Of a DNA stretch of 64,000 bases, positions 45,216-55,238 are shown piece by piece. The stretch spans positions 48,337 to 112,336 of the forward strand of contig JAPOZO010000052.1 of the NCBI GenBank assembly GCA_026706025.1, in the 5' to 3' direction. The position numbers and the translations under genes were made by a program. Each line of letters starts with the position of its first letter. Within the stretch, counting starts at the first letter, position 1. Under the pieces are notes generated by a model that worked only from the letters and a program-made list of their open reading frames with translations, was not told where the DNA came from and ran no database searches. This DNA is from Candidatus Poribacteria bacterium. GTDB lineage: Bacteria; Poribacteria; WGA-4E; WGA-3G.

Positions 45216-47111
45216 ATGAGCACATTTTACGTCACCACCCCAATCTACTATCCTAACAGCGAACCACATGCGGGAAACGCCTATACCACTATCGCTGCCG
45301 ATGTTTTAGCACGCTATCACCGTCTCAAAGGCAATGAAGTTTGCTTTCTTACTGGCGTTGATGAACATGCTGCGAATGTGTATAACGCTGCGAAAAAGGA
45401 AGGGCTCTCGCCACAAGCCTATTGCGATAAGATCGCGCCAACGTTCGTTAAACTGTGGGAACGCCTGAACATCTCGCATGACATCTTTTTTCGTACAACC
45501 AGCGATTTGCACAAGCGTGGCGCGCAAAAATTCCTTAATGTGCTCTATGACAACGGTGATGTTTATAAGGGAAAATACGAAGGGTATTACTGTCTCTCAT
45601 GCGAAGAGTTCTTTTCAGAGAAAGAACTCACAGACGAAAAAATCTGTCCTGTTCATAAACTGCCACTGCAATGGTTAGAAGAGGAGAATTATTTTTTTCG
45701 ACTCTCCAAATATCAAGATCGTTTACTGGCACATATCCATGAGCATCCGGATTTCGTCTATCCCGCGGCGCGTCGTAACGAGTTATTAAACTTTCTGGAA
45801 TCTGGATTACAAGATGTGAGTATCTCCCGGGCTTCCCTATCTTGGGGGATTCCGTTCCCGTTCGATCCGGAACATATTATCTACATTTGGATAGAGGCTT
45901 TGAGTAATTACATTACCGCACTCGGCTACGAAACCGATAATGAGCAGTACCGCACTTTTTGGCCCGCCGATGTTCACATGATGGGAAAAGACATCACCCG
46001 TTTTCACGCCCTACTCTGGCCCGCAATGCTAATGGCTGCGAACTTGCCACTTCCCAAACATATCGTCGGGCACGGCTGGCTGACAAAGGACGGCGAGGCA
46101 CTGAGCAAAACACGGGGTATCTTCATTGATATGGATGGCGATATCGAAACTTATGGCGTTGATGCGTTCCGTTATTACCTCCTGCGCGAATTTAGTTTCG
46201 GAAACGATGGCGACTATCGTCCTGCCCGTTTGCATGCACGCTACAACGCCGATCTCGCAAATGATCTCGGCAATCTCCTCAATCGCGTTCTCGGTTTAGT
46301 CAACAAGAACTTTGAGGGAATTCCCGCACCGACAACACCGGGCGAATTTGACGACGAAGTCAGAGAGATGGCACAAACGACGGTAGATAAATTAGATACA
46401 CATATAAACGCGTTCGCGTTTGACGCTGCCTTGGAAACTGTCTGGGAATTTGTCAGGCGCATCAACCGCTATGTCCAACAGACGCAGGTTTGGACGCTCG
46501 CGAAACCGGAGACGAAACCGAGAATGGGCACCATCCTTTACAATAGTTTGGAAGCACTACGGTTTATCTCTGTGCTAATTTCTCCTTTTATTCCTGAAAC
46601 CGCTGAAAAGATCCAGAAACAGATCGGTTTGTCAGAATTCGATACCACCGCAGAATGGGGACATTTACCGGTAGATATCACTGTCAGTAGAGGTGAGCCT
46701 ATCTTCCCGCGCGTCGATACGAAACAGCAGAAACAGGCACAGCCTGAAAAAGCAGCGAAACCGAAGCAGAAAAAAGAAAAGAAAACAACCGACTTAGTCT
46801 CCTTTGCCGATTTCCAAAAGTTGGATCTGCGGGTCGCGCGTATTCTCACTGCTGAACCCATTGAAGGTGCCGACCGACTTCTCAAATTGCAAGTAGACCT
46901 CGGTACTGAAAAACGGCAAGTCGTTGCGGGAATTGCCGAACACTATACGCCTGAAACCCTCGTAGGCAAACAGGTAATAATCGTCGCAAATCTGGAGCCC
47001 GCCACTATCCGTAACGTCGAATCACACGGCATGATTCTCGCAGGCAGCGGGGACGCTGTAGTTCTCGCAACTCTTGAAACAGAAATGCCGCTCGGTACGC
47101 AAGTAAGGTAA
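45216..47111 (+). CDS. metG: Methionyl-tRNA synthetase with C-terminal tRNA-binding (EMAP-like) domain
   Basis: HAGNAYT (HIGH), KMSKS-like region, Zn knuckle CLSCEEF...CPVH, C-terminal OB-fold. Start taken at MSTFYVTT with AAAAGGA SD. Confidence 0.95.
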   Translation: MSTFYVTTPIYYPNSEPHAGNAYTTIAADVLARYHRLKGNEVCFLTGVDEHAANVYNAAKKEGLSPQAYCDKIAPTFVKLWERLNISHDIFFRTTSDLHKRGAQKFLNVLYDNGDVYKGKYEGYYCLSCEEFFSEKELTDEKICPVHKLPLQWLEEENYFFRLSKYQDRLLAHIHEHPDFVYPAARRNELLNFLESGLQDVSISRASLSWGIPFPFDPEHIIYIWIEALSNYITALGYETDNEQYRTFWPADVHMMGKDITRFHALLWPAMLMAANLPLPKHIVGHGWLTKDGEALSKTRGIFIDMDGDIETYGVDAFRYYLLREFSFGNDGDYRPARLHARYNADLANDLGNLLNRVLGLVNKNFEGIPAPTTPGEFDDEVREMAQTTVDKLDTHINAFAFDAALETVWEFVRRINRYVQQTQVWTLAKPETKPRMGTILYNSLEALRFISVLISPFIPETAEKIQKQIGLSEFDTTAEWGHLPVDITVSRGEPIFPRVDTKQQKQAQPEKAAKPKQKKEKKTTDLVSFADFQKLDLRVARILTAEPIEGADRLLKLQVDLGTEKRQVVAGIAEHYTPETLVGKQVIIVANLEPATIRNVESHGMILAGSGDAVVLATLETEMPLGTQVR

Positions 47112-47285
47112 TAACACACGCCGTATACCGTGATGACTATCGGTGTGTGAACGCCGTCTGAATCAGGATTTATCCGAATATAATCCTGATGGAATCCGTC
47201 CTAAAATTGTCGCGAAAACAAACCTCTTTAGCCCCGTTGGGGCGGCATGTTTATAGCAGTAGGCACGCGCCCTGTGCCGTGACAG

Positions 47286-50200
47286 ATGGAAAATATAGAA
47301 AACACCCTTAAAACCCGCATTGAAAATGATAAGGCACATACCTTTGTCGTCATTGTGCCGACCGATTCCGCACGTTTGCATCGCCAACGCGAATTGGTCA
47401 GTTATCACCCAAACCGCGCAGTTGCCAATTTACGCGTGCATACCAGTGTGGATTTCATCCAAAGATTATACAATCAAGCTGGGTCACCAAAACAACATAT
47501 CTTATCAGGGATCCAACACCTTTGGCTTCACGAAATAGTAGATCCTGACGCTGACAATACCGATACCTACCAATATGATGCCTTTCGTCCAATCCAAAAT
47601 ACTGCCATTCCCGATAGTACACTCTCTCTCATCTTGGACACGATAAATCACCTTAGGGATCAAGGAGAGACTGAACCGAACTTTGTAGAAAATGATCTAA
47701 CCAAGGTAGACCTCGCTCGCATTTATAGCGATCATGAGGCGAAACTTGGAAACCGATGGATAGATGAGAAGGGAAAACACTACTACCTGGCGAACAATTT
47801 CAAAGAAGAGTTCATCAAGAGGGCATTCCCTGGTGCTAACCTTGTTGTTGTTGAAGGTTTCACTTTGATTTCAAAAGCCGATATTAAACTCTTGAGACAC
47901 ATCGCCGAAATATCTGATACAAAGATGTGGTTTCGCACCGACTGTGTTGAAGACAATAAAGCCCTTTATAAAAGCATTATCGACCTCGTTTCACAATTTA
48001 AAGACACGGATGCTTACATTGATACCGACTATGAACGGGATCCCGACCAACATCAACATTTCGCTGAGAATCTGTTCAAAACGGATGTTACCTTGGACCA
48101 GAAAATTGATTTAACAGATAAGATTAAGGTTTTAGAACCAACTGATCGATCCGAAGAGGTGGAACAGATTGCTCATCTAATTCAGAAACAGGTCTTAAGT
48201 GCTGACTGTAAACTGAGTGAGATTTGTGTTGTATGCTACAATATAGGTAATTACCAACACCGAATTGCGGAAGTTTTTCCCACTTATGGCATCCCCTATT
48301 CATTCGTTGAAAGTGTTCCGTTGATGAGGTCAGAGGTTGTCAAAGAAATCTTTTCTCATATTTCACCGCGGCAAGTTCCTCTCGGCAACACCTATGTCTC
48401 TGAGGTTAAATCTAAATTATATATAGAAGCTTTTCATCCCGACGAATTTAAGAATTACATTGACAACTTTCTCGAATCTACGGAAGTCATTTCCAAGATT
48501 TTAAACCCGATGCTGCTGAAAGATGGAAAAATTGTTGGAGGTGAGGTGAACGCATTACAGCAGTTTAAAAAAATAATTAAGGGGTTTTGTGACGTGTTAA
48601 AATCTGAGGAAGATAGGTTATACAAATTTGAAGATTATATTAATAAACTCAGATATATTGCGAAGCATACACACTATCAAAATGGAGCACCGGCAAGCCA
48701 AGAAACCGTTAAGATTTTCCCACTTAGTGAACTCACAAGTTTAGCATATAATAATGAACTCAGAAGTTTAGAATTTGACACCGTCTTTTTAGGTGATTTT
48801 GTAGAGGGTCGGTTTCCAGAAAATTATCGTCCAGACCCGTTGTTACCAGAAACACCTTATCGCAACGAAGAGGAGCAACTCCACGATAATCGGCTCTTGT
48901 TTTATCGGGTACTCAAGTCTTTTCGCGAACGACTCTATATCCTTATACCACAACGTGAGCGCGAAGCAGAACTGATTCCTTCTCCTTTTCTTGGACAATT
49001 AAAAGCAATCGCCGATGTTGAAACTATTAAAGTCGACAATCCTGAACGAGGCAGCATCCCAGGTTTTCTCAGTACATACGGCAACCATGTATGGACAACA
49101 GAGACACTTTCCGATGGAAAATTTCCCGCCAACCTTATGAACATGCGTTCTTTAATAAAGCATGTTGTTAAGGTTGAAAAGAGCCGTGAAAAAACGCACA
49201 AACATCTTGTCTATGAAGGCGTATTAACTCCTGAAACCCTTTCTCCTGAAAGCCGTGCTGGTTTAGAAGAACGGCGGCAACGGACCTATTCTGTTACAGA
49301 ATTAGAAACTTACGCCAAGTGTCCATTTCAGTATTTTGCAGCTGAAATCTTAGAACTCGGTAGTCCAGATGAGGAAGACACTGAAGGCTTATCCAGCCGT
49401 GAAAAAGGTGAGTTGGTTCACGATATTCTTGTAAGATTCTATGACGATCGCCGAGAACAACCCGCTGTTAGCCAATGTGATGAAACAAGTTTTGAAGCGG
49501 CAAAACAACAATTATCTAACATCATAGATGAGATGATAAGTGATACTGACTCGGAAGATCTCTTTCGGAGAGTAGATAAAACACATTTAAAAGTTATGCT
49601 GAATCAATGGCTTACAGTAGAGCGGGGATATGATGTAACTACCATCCCGCGCTACTTTGAAGTCAGCGTTGGTCGTAGGAAAGGGATAATCGATTCAGTC
49701 CTCAGTCGTCCCAAACCTATCTGTATCAGCAATGTAAGTCTCAATGCAAAAATTGATCGCATTGATATAGGCAACGGTGTTTTTAATGTTATTGACTATA
49801 AAACTGGAAGAACATTTGGAGCAAAGGATATTCTTGAGGGGCGGGCTCTCCAATTGCCCATCTATCTTGAAATTGCGAGGCGACTGCTCGGAGACGGATA
49901 CGAAACGGCAGCAGGTTTATATCATAAAGTCAAATTGAACGATTGCAAAATAGAACTTGGTATTGGGAAAGAATCTTGTAGAGGTGAGACGTACATTCTG
50001 GCGCGAAAAACGCAGCAAATGCTGTCAGATGAGACCTTTGATAGCATGATCGCACGTGTAAGTGGTTATCTTGAGCAGTACATTAGTGGAATGAGCAATG
50101 GCAATTTTCCGCTCATTACACGCGTCAAAACGTTTGTAAGGACGAAAAAAGAAGTTGAGGAAGATCGCCTTATAGAGACTGAGGAATACGGTTTTGTAGA

Positions 50201-50324
50201 GACTGAAGCAGATGGTAACAAACCTCTTACCCCTCGCAACAAAACGGCACCCTGTAGTTATTGTGCCTATAAGCGTATCTGCCGTGTCGGCGCGTTCGCT
50301 GAATCAAGCGAATCAGAAGAGTAA
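47286..50324 (+). CDS. AddB/RexB-like inactivated-helicase/PD-(D/E)XK nuclease protein (no AddA partner in window)
   Basis: Degenerate N-terminal P-loop region and a UvrD-C-like DTVFLGDFVEGRFP segment. C-terminal RecB nuclease motifs (GxIDRID, VIDYKTGR) and an AddB-type 4-Cys pattern (YAKCPFQYF ... CSYCAYKRIC). Confidence 0.65.
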   Translation: MENIENTLKTRIENDKAHTFVVIVPTDSARLHRQRELVSYHPNRAVANLRVHTSVDFIQRLYNQAGSPKQHILSGIQHLWLHEIVDPDADNTDTYQYDAFRPIQNTAIPDSTLSLILDTINHLRDQGETEPNFVENDLTKVDLARIYSDHEAKLGNRWIDEKGKHYYLANNFKEEFIKRAFPGANLVVVEGFTLISKADIKLLRHIAEISDTKMWFRTDCVEDNKALYKSIIDLVSQFKDTDAYIDTDYERDPDQHQHFAENLFKTDVTLDQKIDLTDKIKVLEPTDRSEEVEQIAHLIQKQVLSADCKLSEICVVCYNIGNYQHRIAEVFPTYGIPYSFVESVPLMRSEVVKEIFSHISPRQVPLGNTYVSEVKSKLYIEAFHPDEFKNYIDNFLESTEVISKILNPMLLKDGKIVGGEVNALQQFKKIIKGFCDVLKSEEDRLYKFEDYINKLRYIAKHTHYQNGAPASQETVKIFPLSELTSLAYNNELRSLEFDTVFLGDFVEGRFPENYRPDPLLPETPYRNEEEQLHDNRLLFYRVLKSFRERLYILIPQREREAELIPSPFLGQLKAIADVETIKVDNPERGSIPGFLSTYGNHVWTTETLSDGKFPANLMNMRSLIKHVVKVEKSREKTHKHLVYEGVLTPETLSPESRAGLEERRQRTYSVTELETYAKCPFQYFAAEILELGSPDEEDTEGLSSREKGELVHDILVRFYDDRREQPAVSQCDETSFEAAKQQLSNIIDEMISDTDSEDLFRRVDKTHLKVMLNQWLTVERGYDVTTIPRYFEVSVGRRKGIIDSVLSRPKPICISNVSLNAKIDRIDIGNGVFNVIDYKTGRTFGAKDILEGRALQLPIYLEIARRLLGDGYETAAGLYHKVKLNDCKIELGIGKESCRGETYILARKTQQMLSDETFDSMIARVSGYLEQYISGMSNGNFPLITRVKTFVRTKKEVEEDRLIETEEYGFVETEADGNKPLTPRNKTAPCSYCAYKRICRVGAFAESSESEE

Positions 50325-50380
50325 CCTTCTTGTTTCTACGCTTCGCTGCCGGAATTGAAACTCCACCCTTCAGAAAAAAC

Positions 50381-50409
50381 TTGCACACTTCTAACAAATC
50401 TGCTATACT
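50381..50409 (+). promoter_or_regulatory. Sigma70-like promoter for SOD gene (TTGCAC-17-TATACT)
   Basis: -35 at 50381-50386 and -10 at 50404-50409. Confidence 0.5.
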
Positions 50410-50501
50410 CTTTGTGATTTTTTAAGTACATTGTTTGCACGCCTCTTAGCGCGCAACTTGCAAACGCATGTAAAAAAAATAAAACAGGAGGCTATTTTTA
50501 A

Positions 50502-51107
50502 ATGGCACACACATTACCAGCGCTCCCGTATGCGCACGATGCTTTGGAACCTCATATTGACGCACAAACCATGGAAATCCATCACGGCAAACACCATCAA
50601 GGCTACGTCAACAACCTTAACGCTGCCTTAGAAGGACTCGGTGATCTCGCCGATATGGATATTCACGAATTACTCAGTAATATTGACCAGGTTCCAGAAG
50701 ACAAGCGTCAGGCTGTCATCAACAACGGCGGTGGACACGCCAATCATTCACTTTTCTGGTCCATTATGAGCCCCAACGGTGGCGAACCCGGCGGCGAAAT
50801 CGCAGCAGCGATAAGTGGTGCTTTCGGGTCGCTTGAAGCGGCGAAAGAGCAGTTTGTGACTGCCGCGACTACACGTTTTGGCTCCGGTTGGGCATGGCTT
50901 GTGCTTGGTGATAGCGGCTTGGAAATCTACTCCACCGCAAATCAGGACAGCCCAATTATGGACGGACATACCCCGCTCCTCGGCATTGATGTCTGGGAAC
51001 ACGCATACTATCTGAAATATCAGAATCTGCGTCCAGCTTACGTTGAAGCGTGGACAAACGTCATCAATTGGACACGGGTTAACGAACTCTACGTGGCGAA
51101 TGCCTAA
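50502..51107 (+). CDS. sodA: Fe/Mn superoxide dismutase
   Basis: LPYAxDALEPHI, [15 protein letters not shown] signatures. Fe versus Mn type cannot be decided from sequence alone. Confidence 0.9.
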   Translation: MAHTLPALPYAHDALEPHIDAQTMEIHHGKHHQGYVNNLNAALEGLGDLADMDIHELLSNIDQVPEDKRQAVINNGGGHANHSLFWSIMSPNGGEPGGEIAAAISGAFGSLEAAKEQFVTAATTRFGSGWAWLVLGDSGLEIYSTANQDSPIMDGHTPLLGIDVWEHAYYLKYQNLRPAYVEAWTNVINWTRVNELYVANA

Positions 51108-51223
51108 CTTGCCATAACAACTTTTGGGTGTCGTAGGGGTAGGCGCGAGCAGCGTTCAAACCTACCCTCTACTTCCCAAAGGACCTGCTATCTGTCGGAA
51201 TGGTCTACCAGATCAATTTTTCT

Positions 51224-51251
51224 TGACATCTCTCTTGAAATGTGTTATACT
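51224..51251 (+). promoter_or_regulatory. Sigma70-like promoter with extended -10 (TTGACA-16-TGtTATACT) driving the ilvB leader
   Basis: Consensus -35 at 51224-51229; TG-extended -10 at 51243-51251. Confidence 0.55.
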
Positions 51252-51339
51252 TAAAATACAAAAGATAATTCTTTTTAGCATACCCGTGAAACTTCATAAA
51301 ATGGTGTGCGTAATTAACATCTAAATAGTTACCCAAAAA

Positions 51340-51601
51340 GCGTTGAAGGGGAGGAGTAAGTCGCCCGGGCTTGCAAGAGATGGAGACTCATCGGCTGAAA
51401 GGTCTCCTCAAGTTACCACGACTGAAGGTCGCCCTGGAGCTGCTAATCTGAACACATATCAGTAGGATTAGTCGGTCCGATGCCCGTTATCGTATCCCAA
51501 AGAGTGCTCTTTCTCATAAGAGAAAGGGAATTGGAGTGGTACCACGGTAAGGTCAGTATTATGTCCTTCTCGTCTCCATGTTTGGAACGAGAAGGTTTTT
51601 T
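51340..51601 (+). promoter_or_regulatory. T-box riboswitch leader with intrinsic terminator, upstream of ilvB
   Basis: Stem I region with an AGAGA motif (51376-51380). T-box sequence AATTGGAGTGGTACCACGG (51529-51547) matches the consensus AATTAGGGTGGTACCGCGG at 15 of 19 positions. Terminator CCTTCTCGT...ACGAGAAGG + TTTTTT at 51565-51601, 55 nt before the ilvB ATG. Confidence 0.6.
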
Positions 51602-51654
51602 AATTTTAACGACTCCCGTAGGGACAATCCCTACTACTTATAAGGAAAATTGGC

Positions 51655-53331
51655 ATGGAACTTTCAGGAGCACAAATCCTGGTTGATGGTCTCAAGCGGG
51701 AAGGTGTCGAATATATCTTCGGTGTCAACGGTGGCGCAGCGATGCCGATTTTTGATGCCTTGTACGGCGAGACCGAAATCAAATTGATTCCGATGCGGCA
51801 TGAACAAGGGGCTTCCCACGCCGCTGATGGCTACGCACGCGCCACCGGGAAGGTCGGTGTTGCACTCGCAACCTCCGGTCCCGGCGCTACCAATCTCGTC
51901 ACCGGTATCGCTACTGCCTATATGGACTCCATTCCGATGGTCGCGATTACTGGTCAGGTTTTCACGCACTATATCGGCAGTGATGCTTTCCAAGAATGCG
52001 ATGTTATCGGCGTGACACGCCCGATCTGTAAGCACAGTTACCTCATTACAAGCAGTGACGAAATCGCAGATGTTGTCGCTGAAGCGTTTCACATCGCGAA
52101 AACAGGGAAACCGGGTCCTGTTATTATTGACATCGCCAAAGATGCGCAGATACATGAAGCCCTGTTTCAGTATCCAGAAACGGTTGACATCCGTAGCTAC
52201 AAACCTCAAGTTCATGGCGATCCGGTACAAATTGCCAAGGCGGCGGCACTGATAAAAGAAGCCAAACGCCCTATGCTTTATGCCGGCGGCGGTGTAGTCC
52301 TTGCGAATGCCAGCGAAGAACTACGGCAGCTGACCTTGAATACACAGATCCCGATTACCGTTACCTTGATGGGACTTGGCGCGTTCCCTGAGACGCATCC
52401 GTTAGCAATGGAGATGCCCGGCATGCACGGCTCCTGTTGCGCAAATTATGCCTTCACCGATTCAGACTTGGTTATCGCTATTGGTGCGAGATTTGACGAC
52501 CGCGTTACCGGGGATCTCAGTAAATTCGCACCTAACGCCAAGAAGATCCACATTGATATAGACGCGTCTTGTATTGGGAAAAACGTCCCTGTTGATGTCC
52601 CGATCGTTGGCGATGCGAAAAGCGTCCTGACGGAACTCAACAAACAGGTCGGTACAGCGGATATCGACCCGTGGCGCGCCCAGATTCAGGAGTGGAAGCA
52701 GAAATACCCATTTGAATACGATCAAAAATCGGATATAGTCATGCCGCAATTTGTTATTGAAAAAATATATGAGCATTACAGTGATGCCATCGTTGTTGCG
52801 GATGTCGGACAACACCAGATGTGGGCAGCGCAGTACTTCAAATTCACTGAACCTCGACAGTGGCTTAATTCTGGAGGGCTTGGCACGATGGGCTTTAGCC
52901 TACCCGCCGCAATCGGTGCGCAGCTCGGATGTCCAGACAAAACCGTCGTCAATATCAACGGGGACGGGTCCTATATCATGACGATCCAAGAACTGGTCCC
53001 AGCGGTTACCATGAAGCTGCCGCTTAAGGTCTTCATCATTAACAATATGTACCTCGGAATGGTACGCCAGTGGCAGGAATTGTTCCACGGCAAACGTTAT
53101 TCCGCTGTTGATTACCACGACAACCCTGATTTCGCCTTGCTCGCACAAGCGTTCGGTGCCACGGGCTTGCGGGTCGAACACCCTGAAGATGTCGAACCCG
53201 CATTACAGAAGGCAAAAGGGATTACCGACGGTCCTGTGGTCATTGACTTTATTGTTGATGAAGAAGAGAACGTGTTCCCGATGGTGCCAGCCGGTAAAGG
53301 GCTTGGAGATGTTATTCGCGGGTTATCTTAA
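51655..53331 (+). CDS. ilvB: Acetolactate synthase large subunit
   Basis: ThDP-enzyme blocks, including GDG(S/A)...NN region IINNMYLGMVRQWQ. Confidence 0.9.
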   Translation: MELSGAQILVDGLKREGVEYIFGVNGGAAMPIFDALYGETEIKLIPMRHEQGASHAADGYARATGKVGVALATSGPGATNLVTGIATAYMDSIPMVAITGQVFTHYIGSDAFQECDVIGVTRPICKHSYLITSSDEIADVVAEAFHIAKTGKPGPVIIDIAKDAQIHEALFQYPETVDIRSYKPQVHGDPVQIAKAAALIKEAKRPMLYAGGGVVLANASEELRQLTLNTQIPITVTLMGLGAFPETHPLAMEMPGMHGSCCANYAFTDSDLVIAIGARFDDRVTGDLSKFAPNAKKIHIDIDASCIGKNVPVDVPIVGDAKSVLTELNKQVGTADIDPWRAQIQEWKQKYPFEYDQKSDIVMPQFVIEKIYEHYSDAIVVADVGQHQMWAAQYFKFTEPRQWLNSGGLGTMGFSLPAAIGAQLGCPDKTVVNINGDGSYIMTIQELVPAVTMKLPLKVFIINNMYLGMVRQWQELFHGKRYSAVDYHDNPDFALLAQAFGATGLRVEHPEDVEPALQKAKGITDGPVVIDFIVDEEENVFPMVPAGKGLGDVIRGLS

Positions 53332-53340
53332 CGATTTTAA

Positions 53341-53500
53341 GGGTTGTCAGTTTTAAGAGTTATCAGTTTTCAGTTAAGACCCTGTGTCGAGAACATTTTC
53401 TGTCGCTGTCACAAGATACCTCTTTAACTGACGACTGATAACTATTCCCTCTGATAACTGACGACTGAAAGGGTTGCGTAGCAACCCGCACTGAAAACTA
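53341..53500. repeat. Family A heptad element copy 8 (intercistronic ilvB-ilvN)
   Basis: GGTTGTCAGTTTTAAGAGTTATCAGTTTTCAGTTAAGACC ... CTCTTTAACTGACGACTGATAACT ... CTGATAACTGACGACTGAAAG ... CACTGAAAACT. Ends 8 nt before the ilvN ATG. Confidence 0.85.
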
Positions 53501-53507
53501 TAAAAAA

Positions 53508-54008
53508 ATGAATTCAGAAGAACGACATATCTTTTCCGTTTTAGTCGAAAACCGATTCGGAGTCCTTGCACGCGTTGCGGGGCTCTTTAGCGGGCGCGGC
53601 TTTAATATCGACAGTCTCAACGTCGCTGAGACACATGACAAAAGCATCTCGCATATAACTCTTGTCACACACGGTGACGCGCAAATTATGGAACAGATCT
53701 ACCAGCATCTAAACAGACTCATCGACGTTATTGAGGTGACCGACCTTTCCGCTGCTGGAACGCATGTTGAGCGAGAACTTGTTCTTATTAAAATTGCTAC
53801 CGATGATCCTCAAAAACGCACCGAGATTCTACAAGTCGCGGAGGTTTTTCGTGGGCGGGTCATAGATATGAAGCCTGCCTCCCTTGTGCTTGAAATTACC
53901 GGTGATGAAGGTAAATTGAAAGCGGCAATTGATATTTTCAATACGTACGGTATCCTTGAGCTGACACGCACCGGCAAAATAGCGATGTTACGCGGCTCCG
54001 AGAAATAG
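53508..54008 (+). CDS. ilvN: Acetolactate synthase small (regulatory) subunit
   Basis: ACT-domain N-terminus LVENRFGVLARVAGLFSGRGFNIDSL typical of IlvH/IlvN. Confidence 0.85.
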   Translation: MNSEERHIFSVLVENRFGVLARVAGLFSGRGFNIDSLNVAETHDKSISHITLVTHGDAQIMEQIYQHLNRLIDVIEVTDLSAAGTHVERELVLIKIATDDPQKRTEILQVAEVFRGRVIDMKPASLVLEITGDEGKLKAAIDIFNTYGILELTRTGKIAMLRGSEK

Positions 54009-54011
54009 GAT

Positions 54012-54140
54012 ATGGTTGTCGGTACGTTCCGCTGCGCTCCACTTTCAGCTATAGGTTATCAGTTGAATGTGTGGCGGGTGAAAAGGTTTAACCTGCTACA
54101 AACGAGTTACTGACAACTGGCAACTGACAACTGATAACTT
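54012..54140. repeat. Family A heptad element copy 9 (intercistronic ilvN-ilvC)
   Basis: GGTTGTCGGT ... CAGCTATAGGTTATCAGTTG ... GTGAAAAGGTTTAACC ... GTTACTGACAACTGGCAACTGACAACTGATAACTT. Confidence 0.8.
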
Positions 54141-54157
54141 AAAAAGGAATAGACTTT

Positions 54158-55150
54158 ATGGCAACGATTTATTACGATAGTGATGCTAATTTTGACTTAC
54201 TGAAAGAGCGTACCGTCGCTGTTGTTGGCTATGGTGCGCAAGGACGTGCACAGTCGCTAAATCTCAAAGACAGCGGTGCAAACGTGATCGTCGCATTATA
54301 CGAAGGCAGCCGTTCAAAAGCCCGTGCAGAAGCGGAAGGTCTGACTGTCAAGAACGTTGAAGAAGCCGCAGCAATGGCAGACATCGTCCAAGTTCTCATA
54401 CCTGACGAACGCCACGCCGCTGTCTATCGCGACCAGATTGCCCCTAACATGGAAGCAGGCAATATGCTCCTCGTCTCACACGGGTTTAGCGTCCACTTTG
54501 GGCAGATTGTACCTGCCAGCGACATTGATGTCGCAATGATTGCGCCTAAGGGCCCCGGTTCCCTCGTTCGTGAAGTGTTTGAAGGCGGTGGTGGTGTGCC
54601 GTGCCTTATCGCCATCCATCAAGACACCACAGGTCTCGCGCGCGATGTCGCACTCGCTTATGCAAGAGGTATCGGCGGCACACGTGCTGGGGTCATTGAA
54701 ACGACGTTCCGCGAGGAGACCGAAACCGATCTCTTCGGTGAGCAAGCCGTGTTGTGTGGCGGAACCGCTGCCCTCATCAAAGCCGCCTTTGATACACTCG
54801 TTGAAGCCGGTTATCAACCGGAAATGGCTTATTTTGAATGCCTCCACGAGTTGAAATTGATTGTTGACCTGATCTATACGGGTGGGTTGAGCAAGATGCG
54901 GAACGATGTCAGCAACACCGCCGAATACGGTGATCTAACACGCGGTCCTCAACTCATTGACGATAGTGTCCGGGACAAGATGCGCCAAATCTTGAAAGAC
55001 GTTCAAGGCGGTGTCTTTGCACGTGAATGGGTTTTGGAAAATGAGGCGAACCAACCCGTGTTAGGCGCGCTCCGCCGACAAGAGGCGGAACTTGAGATCG
55101 AAGAAGTCGGAAAAAATCTCCGTAGCATGATGAGTTGGCTTGATGAATAG
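54158..55150 (+). CDS. ilvC: Ketol-acid reductoisomerase
   Basis: [21 protein letters not shown] Rossmann motif and the KARI C-terminal knotted domain. Confidence 0.95.
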   Translation: MATIYYDSDANFDLLKERTVAVVGYGAQGRAQSLNLKDSGANVIVALYEGSRSKARAEAEGLTVKNVEEAAAMADIVQVLIPDERHAAVYRDQIAPNMEAGNMLLVSHGFSVHFGQIVPASDIDVAMIAPKGPGSLVREVFEGGGGVPCLIAIHQDTTGLARDVALAYARGIGGTRAGVIETTFREETETDLFGEQAVLCGGTAALIKAAFDTLVEAGYQPEMAYFECLHELKLIVDLIYTGGLSKMRNDVSNTAEYGDLTRGPQLIDDSVRDKMRQILKDVQGGVFAREWVLENEANQPVLGALRRQEAELEIEEVGKNLRSMMSWLDE

Positions 55151-55238
55151 CCGCTCCTTTCGGTAATTGTGGTAGGTGCGGTTTTGCGGTGTACCATAGG
55201 TGTCAATTTAGTAGATTTTCAGTGGTTTTCTCTTGAAG

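Noticed and set aside
51480-51686. 68-aa ORF upstream of ilvB as an attenuation leader peptide (it begins MPVIVSQRVLFLI, rich in Val/Ile/Leu)
   Set aside because: The ORF reads through the terminator and overlaps the ilvB start. The region contains a good T-box consensus, which explains the terminator better. The possibility is kept only as a low-probability alternative.
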